NCBI GenBank assembly: GCA_963422395.1
Contig: OY729431.1
Span: forward strand, 1,504,001 to 1,568,000
DNA length: 64,000 nucleotides
Direction of reading: 5' to 3'
Origin: Vicinamibacteria bacterium
GTDB lineage: Bacteria; Acidobacteriota; Vicinamibacteria; Marinacidobacterales; Marinacidobacteraceae
The notes under the pieces were generated by a model, which saw nothing but the letters and a program-made list of their open reading frames with translations, searched no databases and was not told the DNA's origin. The position numbers and the translations under genes were made by a program. Positions 1-9,420 of this stretch are shown piece after piece (the stretch's first letter is position 1; every line of letters starts with the position of its first letter).

Positions 1-3000
1 GAGCCGGGGTTCGGTCGGTGAGGAACATCCGGTAGCCGTCGGCGGCGGGCAGGCGGTCGAGCAGGTCTTCCTCTGCCATCAGCAGTTCGCCCTGGAACAG
101 GCTGTCCCAGAGCGTCCCCACCAGCCGGAGCCGGACCGAGGCGCCGCCCTCGCCGATGGGGAAGGTCCGCTCTTCCCCGACCGGCCACTTCAGGACATAG
201 GTCATGGAGTTCTGATCGCCGAGGACCGGGATGGCCGCCGTCGGATCGCGTTCGCCCCAGAGCAGGCGCCAGGGATTGTCGATCTCCTCGGTCGTCCGGC
301 CCAGGTGGGCGGCGAAGGGGAAGCGGTTCTCCTCGGCGAATTCCCGGGGGATTCCCACCACCCGGGGCCGGGCGGGCCGATAGAGGTTGCGGCAGCTCGC
401 GTCTTCGCCGCCGGCGAGCCGCAGCGGCCGGATGCGGAATCCCTCGAGGTCCGGTGGGAGGTGCAGCGCGTCCCGGCCGGCAGCATCCGTCGGGTTCCAG
501 GGCGCCCCGAAGACCGTTTCGGTGAGGGCGAGGAAGCCGCCGGCGCCGGCGGGGAGCCGTTCGGGATCGGGGCGCTTTCGGAAGGACTCCACCGCGACCA
601 GGGTGAAGGCCGCGAACGCGACGAGAGCCATTGCGGCGAGGCTCCGCCCCGGCCGGAACGAGGCCGCCCGGAATCCCAGACTGCGTAGCCCCGAGCCGCG
701 GAGTCCGCGCCCGAAGCCCAGCCCGAGTCCGCGGCGCTTCGGGTCCGCCGCATCCCGGAGTCGGGACCAGGCGAGGAGCAGGAAGGCGGTCAGCAGCGCC
801 GCGCCGGCACCGAAGAAGCCCCCGGTCTCGGCAATCGCGCCCGTCCAGCCCGAAACGAGGAGGGCGCCTCCGAGAATTCCTGCCGCCGCGGCGAGACGCC
901 GCGCCCCCCGCCCCGGCGAGGCCGCAGGCCTCAGCTGCGCCGCTGCGGGTGCCGGGCTCGCCAGATCGCCCAGCAGCAGCGCTCGCGGCGAGCGGCGGAC
1001 GAGGCTGCGGGTCGTCCACCAGCCGGCCAGCATCGCCATTTCCAGACCGCCGAGCGACCCCATGGCGATCGACCGCCAGCCGACGAACAGCGAGAGGCGT
1101 CCCGAGGCGTCCCCGGCCGGTCCCTCGCCCAGAAGGGTGCCCGCCACCGCTCCCTCCCAGGCGCCGGAGAGCAGTCCGATCATTCCGAAGGCGTAAGCGA
1201 CTCCGGCAGCGGCCCCGGCGAGCGCGCCCAGGAAAGCGACCACTCCGGTTTCCAGGAGCAGAGTGCTCGCGACCCGCCGCACCGGCCAGCCGCAGGCGAG
1301 GAGCAGGCCGATCTCGCCCAGGCGCCGTTCGATGCCCAGCCGGTAGAGCAGTGCCAGCAGCACGAACGCGGAGACCAGCAGGAAGCCGGAGAAGTAGAGG
1401 AAATAGGTCCCGAAATCGGTGGCGCCGCGGGAGGCTTCGAGCCCCTGTCGGCGCACCGGGATGGGAACGAGGCCGAAATCCGCCGGAGGCAGTGCGGCGG
1501 CGAGCGCGGCGGCGAGGCGCCGGCGGTCACCGCCCTCGAAACGGACCGAAGTCGCGCTGCCCTGCCGCATCGCCCAGAGACGCTGTGCGGTGGCGAGTGG
1601 GACGAACGCCTTGGGCAGCGTGCGGTGATCTTCCCAGTAGCGCTCGTCGCGCTCGCGGATTCGGGTCAGGTCCACCGGGAACGGCGGATCCCAGTCCCGC
1701 AAGTGCTCCGAATCGCTCACCCCCGGGAACTCGGGGGCGAGGGTCGGATCGCCGAAGACCCCGGTCGAAGAGGCGGCCGGCCCGGCCACCAGAGAAACCG
1801 CTGCCGTGCCGAACCGGCCGTGCTCTTCCCAGACGAGGTACGAGAGCTCCACCGGGTCGCCGGGAGCGAGCGAGAGATCTTCCGCGAGCCAGGCGCCGGG
1901 AAACAGGAGATCGCTGCCAGCTGCCGGCAAGTCTGCCGCCGGCAGGCCGGCCACCAGCGAATACGGAGTTTCGCGGCCGCCCGCTCGGATCGCGGTCGCC
2001 AGGTAGGTCAACACCGGCGCCGCGCGGCTTCCGAGCGAATCGGCCGCAGCGAGCGCCGCTTCCACGACGGAATCGGCGAGGACGAGGCTGCGGCTTTCGA
2101 GCACGAACTCCCCGCCGTTCCCTGGCTGAAGCGACAGTCCGCGCTCGTCCAGCGAACTCGCCGCGGCGAGTGACCGGGCGAGCACCGTCTCGTCCTCCTC
2201 CGCTCTTCCCTCTCCGGCGGGGAGCCGCCGGATGAGCAGCGCGTTCACGCGGCCCGGATCGTCGAGCGCCCGCTGCAGCTCGGAAAGCGGCAGGAACACC
2301 GCGCGCGGGGCGCCCTGCCCGGGAAAGAGTGCGAAATCGCCCGAGGCGGCGCCGGGGGCCGGAGCGGGCCAGGGCTCGACTGCCCGGCGGAGCGTGACCG
2401 CCGCGTCGTCCTTGTCGCCGTAGAGGGAGGCCGGGGCGACCTCCGCGTGCTCTCCCACCCTGACGAGGAGAGAGCTTCCCGGTTCGATGCCCGCCCGGCG
2501 CAGGCCGCTGCTGATCCGGGCCGCCCCCGGAGGGATCCGGCCGGAGAGTCCGTGGAACCGGAAGAACCGCTCGTCCACTCCGAACACCGTGACCGGTACG
2601 GGAGGGGCGTCCGGCGGGAACACCGTTCCCGAGAGGCGGAACACCGGCACCGGCTCGGCGAACCGGAGCCGGTACTCGGGGGCGGCGGCGAGCCGAGCCG
2701 CGAGCCCGGTATCGGGAGTATCCGAAAAGGCAGCGACCGGAAGCACCGCGAAATCGGCGGCGCCCAACCGTTCGGTGAAGGCAGCGCGGAGGCTGCCCCG
2801 AACGGAGTCGCCGACCACCAGCGCCCCGACCAGCACCGAGACCGCGACCGCGGTTGCCGCCGCCACCAGGAGATGTTCCCGGCGGTAGTGGGACAGGCCG
2901 CGCCCGGCGAGCCGGGCGTCGATCCGCAGCCTTTGGATCGAGCGGTGCAGCATCCGCGAGCGGCGAAGCCCGCTTGGACGGGCGGGTGCCGATCCTCCCG

Positions 3001-3019
3001 GCGCAGCGTGGTCAGGCAT
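1..3019 (-). CDS. ABC transporter permease, large FtsX/MacB-like with duplicated domains (partial, runs off window start)
   Basis: Not in the ORF track because it has no stop in the window. Reading from ATG 3019 gives HYRREHLLVAAATAVAVSVLVGALVVGDSVRGSLR. The same frame near 205 reads IPVLGDQNSMTYVLKW. There are multiple hydrophobic segments, and it follows a LolD-like ATPase. Alternative start at 2953. Confidence 0.85.
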   Translation of the reverse strand, partial: MPDHAAPGGSAPARPSGLRRSRMLHRSIQRLRIDARLAGRGLSHYRREHLLVAAATAVAVSVLVGALVVGDSVRGSLRAAFTERLGAADFAVLPVAAFSDTPDTGLAARLAAAPEYRLRFAEPVPVFRLSGTVFPPDAPPVPVTVFGVDERFFRFHGLSGRIPPGAARISSGLRRAGIEPGSSLLVRVGEHAEVAPASLYGDKDDAAVTLRRAVEPWPAPAPGAASGDFALFPGQGAPRAVFLPLSELQRALDDPGRVNALLIRRLPAGEGRAEEDETVLARSLAAASSLDERGLSLQPGNGGEFVLESRSLVLADSVVEAALAAADSLGSRAAPVLTYLATAIRAGGRETPYSLVAGLPAADLPAAGSDLLFPGAWLAEDLSLAPGDPVELSYLVWEEHGRFGTAAVSLVAGPAASSTGVFGDPTLAPEFPGVSDSEHLRDWDPPFPVDLTRIRERDERYWEDHRTLPKAFVPLATAQRLWAMRQGSATSVRFEGGDRRRLAAALAAALPPADFGLVPIPVRRQGLEASRGATDFGTYFLYFSGFLLVSAFVLLALLYRLGIERRLGEIGLLLACGWPVRRVASTLLLETGVVAFLGALAGAAAGVAYAFGMIGLLSGAWEGAVAGTLLGEGPAGDASGRLSLFVGWRSIAMGSLGGLEMAMLAGWWTTRSLVRRSPRALLLGDLASPAPAAAQLRPAASPGRGARRLAAAAGILGGALLVSGWTGAIAETGGFFGAGAALLTAFLLLAWSRLRDAADPKRRGLGLGFGRGLRGSGLRSLGFRAASFRPGRSLAAMALVAFAAFTLVAVESFRKRPDPERLPAGAGGFLALTETVFGAPWNPTDAAGRDALHLPPDLEGFRIRPLRLAGGEDASCRNLYRPARPRVVGIPREFAEENRFPFAAHLGRTTEEIDNPWRLLWGERDPTAAIPVLGDQNSMTYVLKWPVGEERTFPIGEGGASVRLRLVGTLWDSLFQGELLMAEEDLLDRLPAADGYRMFLTDRTPA

Positions 3020-3052
3020 GGGCCGTTTCTACCAGCGCCGCGGAAACGGGTC

Positions 3053-3766
3053 TCAGGGATCGGTCAGGCGCCCGCCGTGCATCCGGTAGCGCTTCGGAAA
3101 CCGGGCGGCCAGCGCCGGGTCGTGGGTGACGAGAACCACGATGCGATCCTGGTCCACGACTTCCGGCTCGAACAGGAGCTCCGCCACCTCTTGCGCAGCC
3201 CTCCCGTCGAGATTGCCGGTCGGCTCGTCGCAGAGAAGAAGCCGCGGGCGGCGCACCAAGGCGCGCGCTACCGCCACCCGCTGCTTCTCCCCGCCGGAGA
3301 GTTCGGCGGGGAGGTGGCGGCGGCGGCCTCCGAGCCCGACCCGGTCCAGCAGCGCCTCGGCGCGCTCTCGGTCGCCCTCCTTCGGATCGGGAAGGGTCGG
3401 CGCCAAGACATTCTCGACCGCAGTGCATTGCGGGAGGAGGCAGTGGTCCTGGAAGACGAATCCCACCCGGTCGCGGCGGAACCTCGCCTGTTCGTCGGGC
3501 GGAAGTTCCTGGGGGTCCACGCCGTCCAGGCGGGCCTCGCCCGCCGACGGCGGCTCGATCGCTCCTAGCAGAAACAGCAGCGTGCTCTTGCCGCACCCCG
3601 AAGCCCCCATCACCGAAGCCGATTCCCCCGGTACCAGGCAGAGGTCCACCCCGTCGAGCACCCGCAACAGGCCGTCAGGCGCCGGGTACTCCTTCACCAA
3701 CCCGGACACCGCGAGACCGGCTTCCACCGGGGCCGCCGGCATCCGCGTTCCCGGGTGGGCCGGCAT
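3053..3766 (-). CDS. ABC transporter ATP-binding protein (LolD/MacB-like)
   Basis: Walker A GASGCGKST, GFVFQ, signature LSGGEKQRVAVARAL, Walker B LLLCDEPTGNLD, VTHD. Confidence 0.95.
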   Translation of the reverse strand: MPAHPGTRMPAAPVEAGLAVSGLVKEYPAPDGLLRVLDGVDLCLVPGESASVMGASGCGKSTLLFLLGAIEPPSAGEARLDGVDPQELPPDEQARFRRDRVGFVFQDHCLLPQCTAVENVLAPTLPDPKEGDRERAEALLDRVGLGGRRRHLPAELSGGEKQRVAVARALVRRPRLLLCDEPTGNLDGRAAQEVAELLFEPEVVDQDRIVVLVTHDPALAARFPKRYRMHGGRLTDP

Positions 3767-3778
3767 CCCGCCTCTCGG

Positions 3779-5200
3779 TCAGGCGCTCTGGAAGGCGCGG
3801 GCTCGGTACAGCAGATCGAGGATGTTGCCCTCGTGCGGCTGCAGCCAGTTGATCCGGAAAGTGGGGATCGGCCCGAAGTTGAGGCGATCGATCGAAGTCG
3901 TCTCGAGCAGGCGGGCGCGGAAACCGGTGTCCTCGGTGATCGCAGTGGCCACCAGGGTGTCTCCGATCCGGTCCAGCATCTTTTCCTGCGGGCAGTGGAC
4001 TACCGACACGAAAGGAAACATGTATTCGAGGTTGGCGGCGGGCGCCTCCGATCCCTCGCAGTGCACCACGGTGGGGCGCAGCCAAGATGCCGGGCCCTGC
4101 TCGACGAGCCGCGAACCGCTGCGGAAGCGGGCGGTGATGTCCTCGGCGCCGCCGCCTGCCAGACGCTCCTCGATATCCCGATGGATCGCCGCCGCGGCTC
4201 CGGGCACGGTGAACGCGGCGAGCGCGCTCTCCGGGTCCTCGGGAGGGCGCGGCGCGACCGGGCCGAGGCGCTCGGCGAGCGCCGCGGCGATCTCTTCGGT
4301 GTGACGAGATGCCCAGATGCTGGAGCAGGAGATGCAGCTCCGGCCGCTGTTCACGAACACGCTCGAAAGCAGCACTTCTAGGTGCTCCTCCCACCGATCC
4401 ACCACGTCGTCGCCCAGCAGGATCTTGGAGAAGCCGGGGCCGTGTACCCGGACCGCCGGGTTTTCGCGGTACTGCTCAACGGTGGCTCGGCTGCCGAAGA
4501 TGAGGCTCCGCGGAGCGCCCTGCAGCACCGCGGCACCCACTTCGCCTCCGCCCGGATAGACGGCGACGGCCTCGCGGGGAATCCCGGCAGCGAAGAACGC
4601 CTCCGCCATCCGGACCGGAGTCCACGGCTCTTCGGGGCCCGGTTTCAGCACCAGGCCGATCCGCAACGGAACGACCGGCAGCCACAGCGTGTGAACGCCG
4701 GGGGAGTTCGAGGGCAGGACGACGCCGAGCACCGGCGTCTCCGCCTGGTAGGCGACGGGAACGCCGCGCGCCTCCATCCCGTGTCCTTGGGCGAGGATGT
4801 CGAGGTCGAGACCTCGGGTGAGCGCGTCGAGCACCTGCTCCATCCGTTCGAGGACGAACCGGTTCTTCTCCATGTTCGCCCGGCACATGGACTCGGGAAG
4901 CCCGGTGGTGGCCGACTGGCAGCGGACGAACTCTTCGGGCGTCTGCTGCCCTTCCCCGAGCGGCAGCTCTGCCTCCTGATAGAGCCGCGCCGCTTCCCGG
5001 AGCATCGCGAGCAGCTCCGCCGTCGGGATTTCGCAGAGCGCGGCGCGCGCCCGGCGCGCGTGACGGAGATCCCGCGCCACCATTCCGGAAGCCGCCTGAT
5101 CCACTTCCGCGACCGGCGCTCCCGTCAGAAAGTGGGAGAGGGGGTTCGTTTCGAGGCTCCGGTAGGGACGGCCCCAACGGAGCACCGGAACTCGAATCAC
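3779..5200 (-). CDS. Aldehyde dehydrogenase-fold acyl reductase (GriD/EhpG/LuxC-like)
   Basis: LPSNSP, LKPG, NSGRSCISCS (catalytic Cys), EYMFP. HGPGFSK sits where ELGGK is usually found. Confidence 0.85.
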   Translation of the reverse strand: MIRVPVLRWGRPYRSLETNPLSHFLTGAPVAEVDQAASGMVARDLRHARRARAALCEIPTAELLAMLREAARLYQEAELPLGEGQQTPEEFVRCQSATTGLPESMCRANMEKNRFVLERMEQVLDALTRGLDLDILAQGHGMEARGVPVAYQAETPVLGVVLPSNSPGVHTLWLPVVPLRIGLVLKPGPEEPWTPVRMAEAFFAAGIPREAVAVYPGGGEVGAAVLQGAPRSLIFGSRATVEQYRENPAVRVHGPGFSKILLGDDVVDRWEEHLEVLLSSVFVNSGRSCISCSSIWASRHTEEIAAALAERLGPVAPRPPEDPESALAAFTVPGAAAAIHRDIEERLAGGGAEDITARFRSGSRLVEQGPASWLRPTVVHCEGSEAPAANLEYMFPFVSVVHCPQEKMLDRIGDTLVATAITEDTGFRARLLETTSIDRLNFGPIPTFRINWLQPHEGNILDLLYRARAFQSA

Positions 5201-5213
5201 GGCAGCACCCCGG

Positions 5214-6311
5214 TCAATAGACCCCGACGGTCGTGCCCCCAGGCAGTTTCCCGAAGGGCCGGACGCCGCTCACCCCGTCCCAGGCGTAGGGGCCCCAGGG
5301 GGGCTCGCGCTCCCCCTCGTCGCGCTCGAGGAAACCCGGCACGAAGAACTCGCGGGTGAGAGTGGTGAGCCGGACGCGCCCGGTCTCCCCGTAGTCCACC
5401 ACCGCGCCGGTGTCCGGGTGCACGACTTCGAGGATGGCCCGCGGTGCCGGAGGGTAGTAGGCGATCCGGTAGCCGTCCTCCGGGGTCGGCGGGCGGGCCG
5501 GCGCGAGCCCCATCAGAGTGTTCCCGTAGGTGGGCTGCAAGAACACCCCGTCGAGCAGCTCTTCCATGGCGAACCGGGTCCACTGCGGGGTGAACTCGGT
5601 GCCTCCGGAGAAGATGCCCCGAATGCCGGTTTCCGCCAGCGTCGTCCCCTCGTCTTCGAGCTGCAGGCAGAGCGCTTCGAGGAGCTTCGGGGTCGCGAAG
5701 AGACAGCGGATGTCGTGGCCGGCAGAGAGGATGGTCATCGCCTGAGAGATCACATGGCGCTGGTATGCCTTGAGGTGTTCGGTCCACCCCTTTTGGATGA
5801 GCTGGATGACCCACCTCGGATCGAGATCGAGGCAGAAGGCGATGCCGCCCCGGAACTGCGCCAAGTGCTCGACGGCCAGCCGGAGCCGGCGGGGGCCGCT
5901 CGGACCCAGCATGAGCCAGTTCGATCCGGGAGGGAAATGCTCGTCCGGAAGCGCAGCGCTGAACAGTTCGTAATCGGTCCGGAAATCCCCCACGCTCACT
6001 CGGCTCTTGGGAATGCCGGTGGTACCGCCGGTCTCGAACACGAACAGCGGGCGGTCCTGGTAGGGCTTCGGAACCCACCGGCGGACCGGGCCGCCGCGGA
6101 GCCATTCGTCCTCGAAGGGGGGAAACCGCTTCAGGTCCTCGAACCCGCGCACCTCGGTCAGCGGATCGAAGTCCAGCTGCTTGCGGAAGTCGAGCCAGAA
6201 GGCACAGCCGGTGGTTTCGGAAAAGTGCCAGGCGACGATCTCCCGCACCTGCTGGTCGAGCTGGGTGCGCGCCGCTGCGACCGCCTCGGCGCCGAAGTCC
6301 GGTTCGCTCAT
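5214..6311 (-). CDS. EhpF/GriC-like adenylate-forming enzyme (LuxE/PaaK-like)
   Basis: P-loop FETGGTTGIPK, TYGNTLMG, YGETGRVRLTTLT..ERD; short 365-aa ANL-like protein. Confidence 0.8.
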   Translation of the reverse strand: MSEPDFGAEAVAAARTQLDQQVREIVAWHFSETTGCAFWLDFRKQLDFDPLTEVRGFEDLKRFPPFEDEWLRGGPVRRWVPKPYQDRPLFVFETGGTTGIPKSRVSVGDFRTDYELFSAALPDEHFPPGSNWLMLGPSGPRRLRLAVEHLAQFRGGIAFCLDLDPRWVIQLIQKGWTEHLKAYQRHVISQAMTILSAGHDIRCLFATPKLLEALCLQLEDEGTTLAETGIRGIFSGGTEFTPQWTRFAMEELLDGVFLQPTYGNTLMGLAPARPPTPEDGYRIAYYPPAPRAILEVVHPDTGAVVDYGETGRVRLTTLTREFFVPGFLERDEGEREPPWGPYAWDGVSGVRPFGKLPGGTTVGVY

Positions 6312-6318
6312 CGCCGCG

Positions 6319-7626
6319 TCAGGCGGCCCTCGGGAGCTGGATCGCGCGGGAGAAGGCCGCCTCCGCCTCTTCGGCCATCCGGGCGAGCGAGTGCTCCTCC
6401 CGGACCTTCTCGAAACCCCGCGCTCCGACGAGCCGCCGGCGCCGGGGATGCAGGACGAGCTGCCCGAGCGCGGCGGCGAAATCCTCGGGTTCGCTTGAGC
6501 GGGCGAGGACTCCCCCTTCGGTGCGGTCGAAGAGTTCCGGATAGACGCCTTCCTGGGGCGCCACCACCGGGGTTCCCGCCATCATCGCCTCGATCGCCGG
6601 CAACCCCTTGGCTTCGGGGAAGGCGGCGGGGATCGCGATCAGGTCGGCGTCACGCAGGAAGGCGATCTTAGCCGCCCGGTCGGGTGAGCCGAGGTAATCG
6701 AAAGGGATGCGCTTCCCGGATCCGGAAACGAGCCGCCGCACCTCGGCGAGCTGGCGGCGGCCGGCGCGGCTCATCCAGCCGGCGGCCCGCAGCCGGAGCG
6801 GTGGAACCTCGGGTTCGGCGGCGAGGCGGCAGGCGGCGCGCGCCAGCCGGTCGAGTCCCTTCTCCGGAGCGATGCGGGAGAAGAAGCCGATGGTGACTGG
6901 AGTCTGGCCTTTCGCGATCGGGCCGTCTGCCTTCGGAGCCTCCGGAAAGCCCGCCGGGTCGATCCCGAGGCGGACCAGTGCCGCCCGTTCTTCGGGAAGC
7001 CCGAGGCGCCCCGCCATGTCGCGGGTGTGGTGTTCGCTCACCCCGACGAAAAGACTCACTTCGGGGGCGGCTTCCCGCATCAGTTCGAGCGCACGCTCCC
7101 GATGGGCCGTGGGCAGCTGGGACAGGAAGAGGTCCTCTCCCGAGAAGGTGACCACCAGTGGGGCATCGAGGGCTCGGCGGAGCGGCCGCGCCAATCCGAG
7201 GAGCAGCGAATTCGGCAGCACCACGACATCGGCTCGCTCCCCGGCGAGCGAACGGACGAGCGCCCGGACCGCCGCCCGTGCCGGTCCCCGCTCGCCGAGC
7301 AGCGTGGTGACCGTGAGCGGCCCGAGCTTCGCCGCTTCGGTGGAAGCCGAGAAGCGTCCGGCGAGGCTCGAAACCCACGACGAGTCGAGGATCGGATCCA
7401 GCAGGCGGCCGAGACGCGGGGCGGCGTGCTGCAAGAAGAGCGACACGCCGCCGAAGCGGACTTCGGAGTCCGAGGCATCGGCTTCGTCGGTGCGGCTCTT
7501 CTGGTAGAGCGGAAGAAGCCGCACCTCATGACCGCGCCGCCTCAGCTCCCGGGCGAGCGCGTTGTCACGGATGCAGCTGCCGCAGAGCATCGCCCCGGCA
7601 CCGGCGGTGAAGCTCAGGATACGCAC
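6319..7626 (-). CDS. Glycosyltransferase family 4 (GT-B)
   Basis: MRILSFTAGAG start, FFSRIAPEKG, EAKGLPAIEAM (EX7E motif). N-terminal CGSC motif. Confidence 0.9.
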   Translation of the reverse strand: MRILSFTAGAGAMLCGSCIRDNALARELRRRGHEVRLLPLYQKSRTDEADASDSEVRFGGVSLFLQHAAPRLGRLLDPILDSSWVSSLAGRFSASTEAAKLGPLTVTTLLGERGPARAAVRALVRSLAGERADVVVLPNSLLLGLARPLRRALDAPLVVTFSGEDLFLSQLPTAHRERALELMREAAPEVSLFVGVSEHHTRDMAGRLGLPEERAALVRLGIDPAGFPEAPKADGPIAKGQTPVTIGFFSRIAPEKGLDRLARAACRLAAEPEVPPLRLRAAGWMSRAGRRQLAEVRRLVSGSGKRIPFDYLGSPDRAAKIAFLRDADLIAIPAAFPEAKGLPAIEAMMAGTPVVAPQEGVYPELFDRTEGGVLARSSEPEDFAAALGQLVLHPRRRRLVGARGFEKVREEHSLARMAEEAEAAFSRAIQLPRAA

Positions 7627-7669
7627 GGCTCGGGATGGCGTGGATTCGGCGCGGGAGACCCGAAAGTCC

Positions 7670-8065
7670 TCAGAACTCCGGCCAGCCGGTGATCGGATGG
7701 CGCCAGAGGGAGTAGTTCATTCCGCCGGCGTAGAGGCGGGGCGGCCAGCGGACCGGCCCGGTCTGCTGGGAGGGATAGAGGTGGTAGCGCATCCCGAGAG
7801 CCCCCCAGATACGCCGCCAGCGATCCTGGAAGTTCTGCTCCAGCGGGAGCAGGTCGTGCGGGTTCTCGACTCGGTGGTCGAGGTCGAAGATCGTCGGGGG
7901 CCGCGGCTGTTCCGCTTCTTCGCGGTCGGCCGACTGCGCGTGGGCAGCCGCCGGCACTGCGAGGAGTGACGATGCCAACAGGCCCGCCGCGACACTCGAT
8001 CCGCGGGGTCGGAACCGTGCTCGACGCAAGCGCTTCGGCGGCTCCTCAGTCCGACGGGCTGCCAT
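7670..8065 (-). CDS. Small secreted hypothetical protein
   Basis: Basic N-region, hydrophobic stretch and AHA/Q signal cleavage site. Trp/Pro-rich C-terminus. Fills the gap between two co-oriented genes. Start re-placed to ATG 8065. Confidence 0.6.
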   Translation of the reverse strand: MAARRTEEPPKRLRRARFRPRGSSVAAGLLASSLLAVPAAAHAQSADREEAEQPRPPTIFDLDHRVENPHDLLPLEQNFQDRWRRIWGALGMRYHLYPSQQTGPVRWPPRLYAGGMNYSLWRHPITGWPEF

Positions 8066-9191
8066 CGAGGAATGGCTCCAGCGGCAGCGATTCCGGGCCG
8101 TTTTCGGTGCACACTGCGTAACTGGACCGGGCGCCCGCGTACATCGAGACCCCGGCATGCTCCCCGGCTCGGTTCACCGCATAGAACGACAGCCCGAAAT
8201 TGGGCAGGCCGCGGCTGTTCCGAAGACGCTTCTCCACGGTGTTTTCGCGAACCCGCGCGAGGGCGGTCATCGCGGCGTCCTTGGGATGGGCGCCCCGGCG
8301 CATCTCCTCGACGATGAGGAAGGAACAGAGGCCGTAGAGGTTCGCCTCACCGCGCCCCGTGGATCCCGCAGCGCCTACCTCGCCGTCCACATAGAGGCCG
8401 GCTCCGAGAATCGGGGAGTCCCCGACCCGACCGGGGATCTTCCAGGCGAGGCCGCTGGTGGTGGTTACTCCGGCGAGCTCCCCGCTCGCGTTCAGCCCGT
8501 TGCAGTTGATCGTGCCGTAGTAGTCCTCTTCGTCCATCAGTCCGTCGCGCACCATGGAAAGCCCCGCGGCGTGCCCGGCAGCGGCCCGTTTCTTCGGGTC
8601 GAGGTAGTGGCCGGGATCGATCCGGCGTTTCCATTCCAGCCACATTTCACGCGAGCGGGGAGTGTTGAGGTCGTCTTCGATCTCGAATCCCAGGTTGCGG
8701 GCGAAGGTCTGCGCCCCCTTCCCCACCAGCAGGTGATGGTCGGTCACCTGGAGGACCTGGTGGGCGACCAGCGACGGCGTGCGCACCCCCTCGATCCCGG
8801 CTACGCCGCCCGCCCGGCGGTTCGGGCCGTGCATGCAGCACGAATCGAGCTGCACCACGCCGTCGGCGTTCGGACGGCCGCCGTAGCCCACGCTGGCATC
8901 CTCGGGATCGAGCTCGACGATGTTCACTCCGGCGATCAGGCTCTCCAGGATGTCCTCACCCCCGGTCATCAGTCGGAACGCCCTCTCGACCACGACCTCG
9001 TCGCCGCCGTTCCGGTAGCGATTCCCGTTTCCCGAAGCGATCACCACCGGTTTCGGGCCGGAGGACTGGACCGCCGGTGCCCGCCGGACTCCGATCCCCA
9101 TCGCGGCGGCGCCCGCCGCTCCGGTGCGGACGAATTGTCGGCGGCTGATCTCCCGCGGGGAGGTTTTCTGCTGGCGTCGGCTCTCATCCAT
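8046..9191 (-). CDS. N(4)-(beta-N-acetylglucosaminyl)-L-asparaginase / isoaspartyl peptidase family (Ntn hydrolase), Tat-exported
   Basis: Tat motif SRRQFV, SVGYGG, YGTINC (nucleophile Thr), TSGLAWKIPGRVGDSPILGAG, STGRGE. Confidence 0.92.
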   Translation of the reverse strand: MDESRRQQKTSPREISRRQFVRTGAAGAAAMGIGVRRAPAVQSSGPKPVVIASGNGNRYRNGGDEVVVERAFRLMTGGEDILESLIAGVNIVELDPEDASVGYGGRPNADGVVQLDSCCMHGPNRRAGGVAGIEGVRTPSLVAHQVLQVTDHHLLVGKGAQTFARNLGFEIEDDLNTPRSREMWLEWKRRIDPGHYLDPKKRAAAGHAAGLSMVRDGLMDEEDYYGTINCNGLNASGELAGVTTTSGLAWKIPGRVGDSPILGAGLYVDGEVGAAGSTGRGEANLYGLCSFLIVEEMRRGAHPKDAAMTALARVRENTVEKRLRNSRGLPNFGLSFYAVNRAGEHAGVSMYAGARSSYAVCTENGPESLPLEPFLDGSPSD

Positions 9192-9265
9192 ACCCGTTCC
9201 CTCGTTCCCGCTCCGGTCGGCCGGGTCCCACTAGCGGGAGGGCTGCCGGACCGAACCCCGAAGAG

Positions 9266-9420
9266 TAGCAGCCTGTGGACGAAGTCACACGGCCAAAGGT
9301 CGGCGATGCCCAGTTCTCCCGGTGGGGGCCCCGGCTGAACGCTTTGCTCGGTGTTGCGATTCCGTCGGAATACACCCGGTATGCCTCCCGAATCGCGCCT
9401 TGTCCGCCGGGCGCCTCCCC
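9266..9420 (+). mobile_element. MITE-family copy A (left part)
   Basis: Begins TAGCAGCCTGTGG, identical to the IS end at 51883. Aligns along its length with the reverse complement of 13343-13532. Confidence 0.8.
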
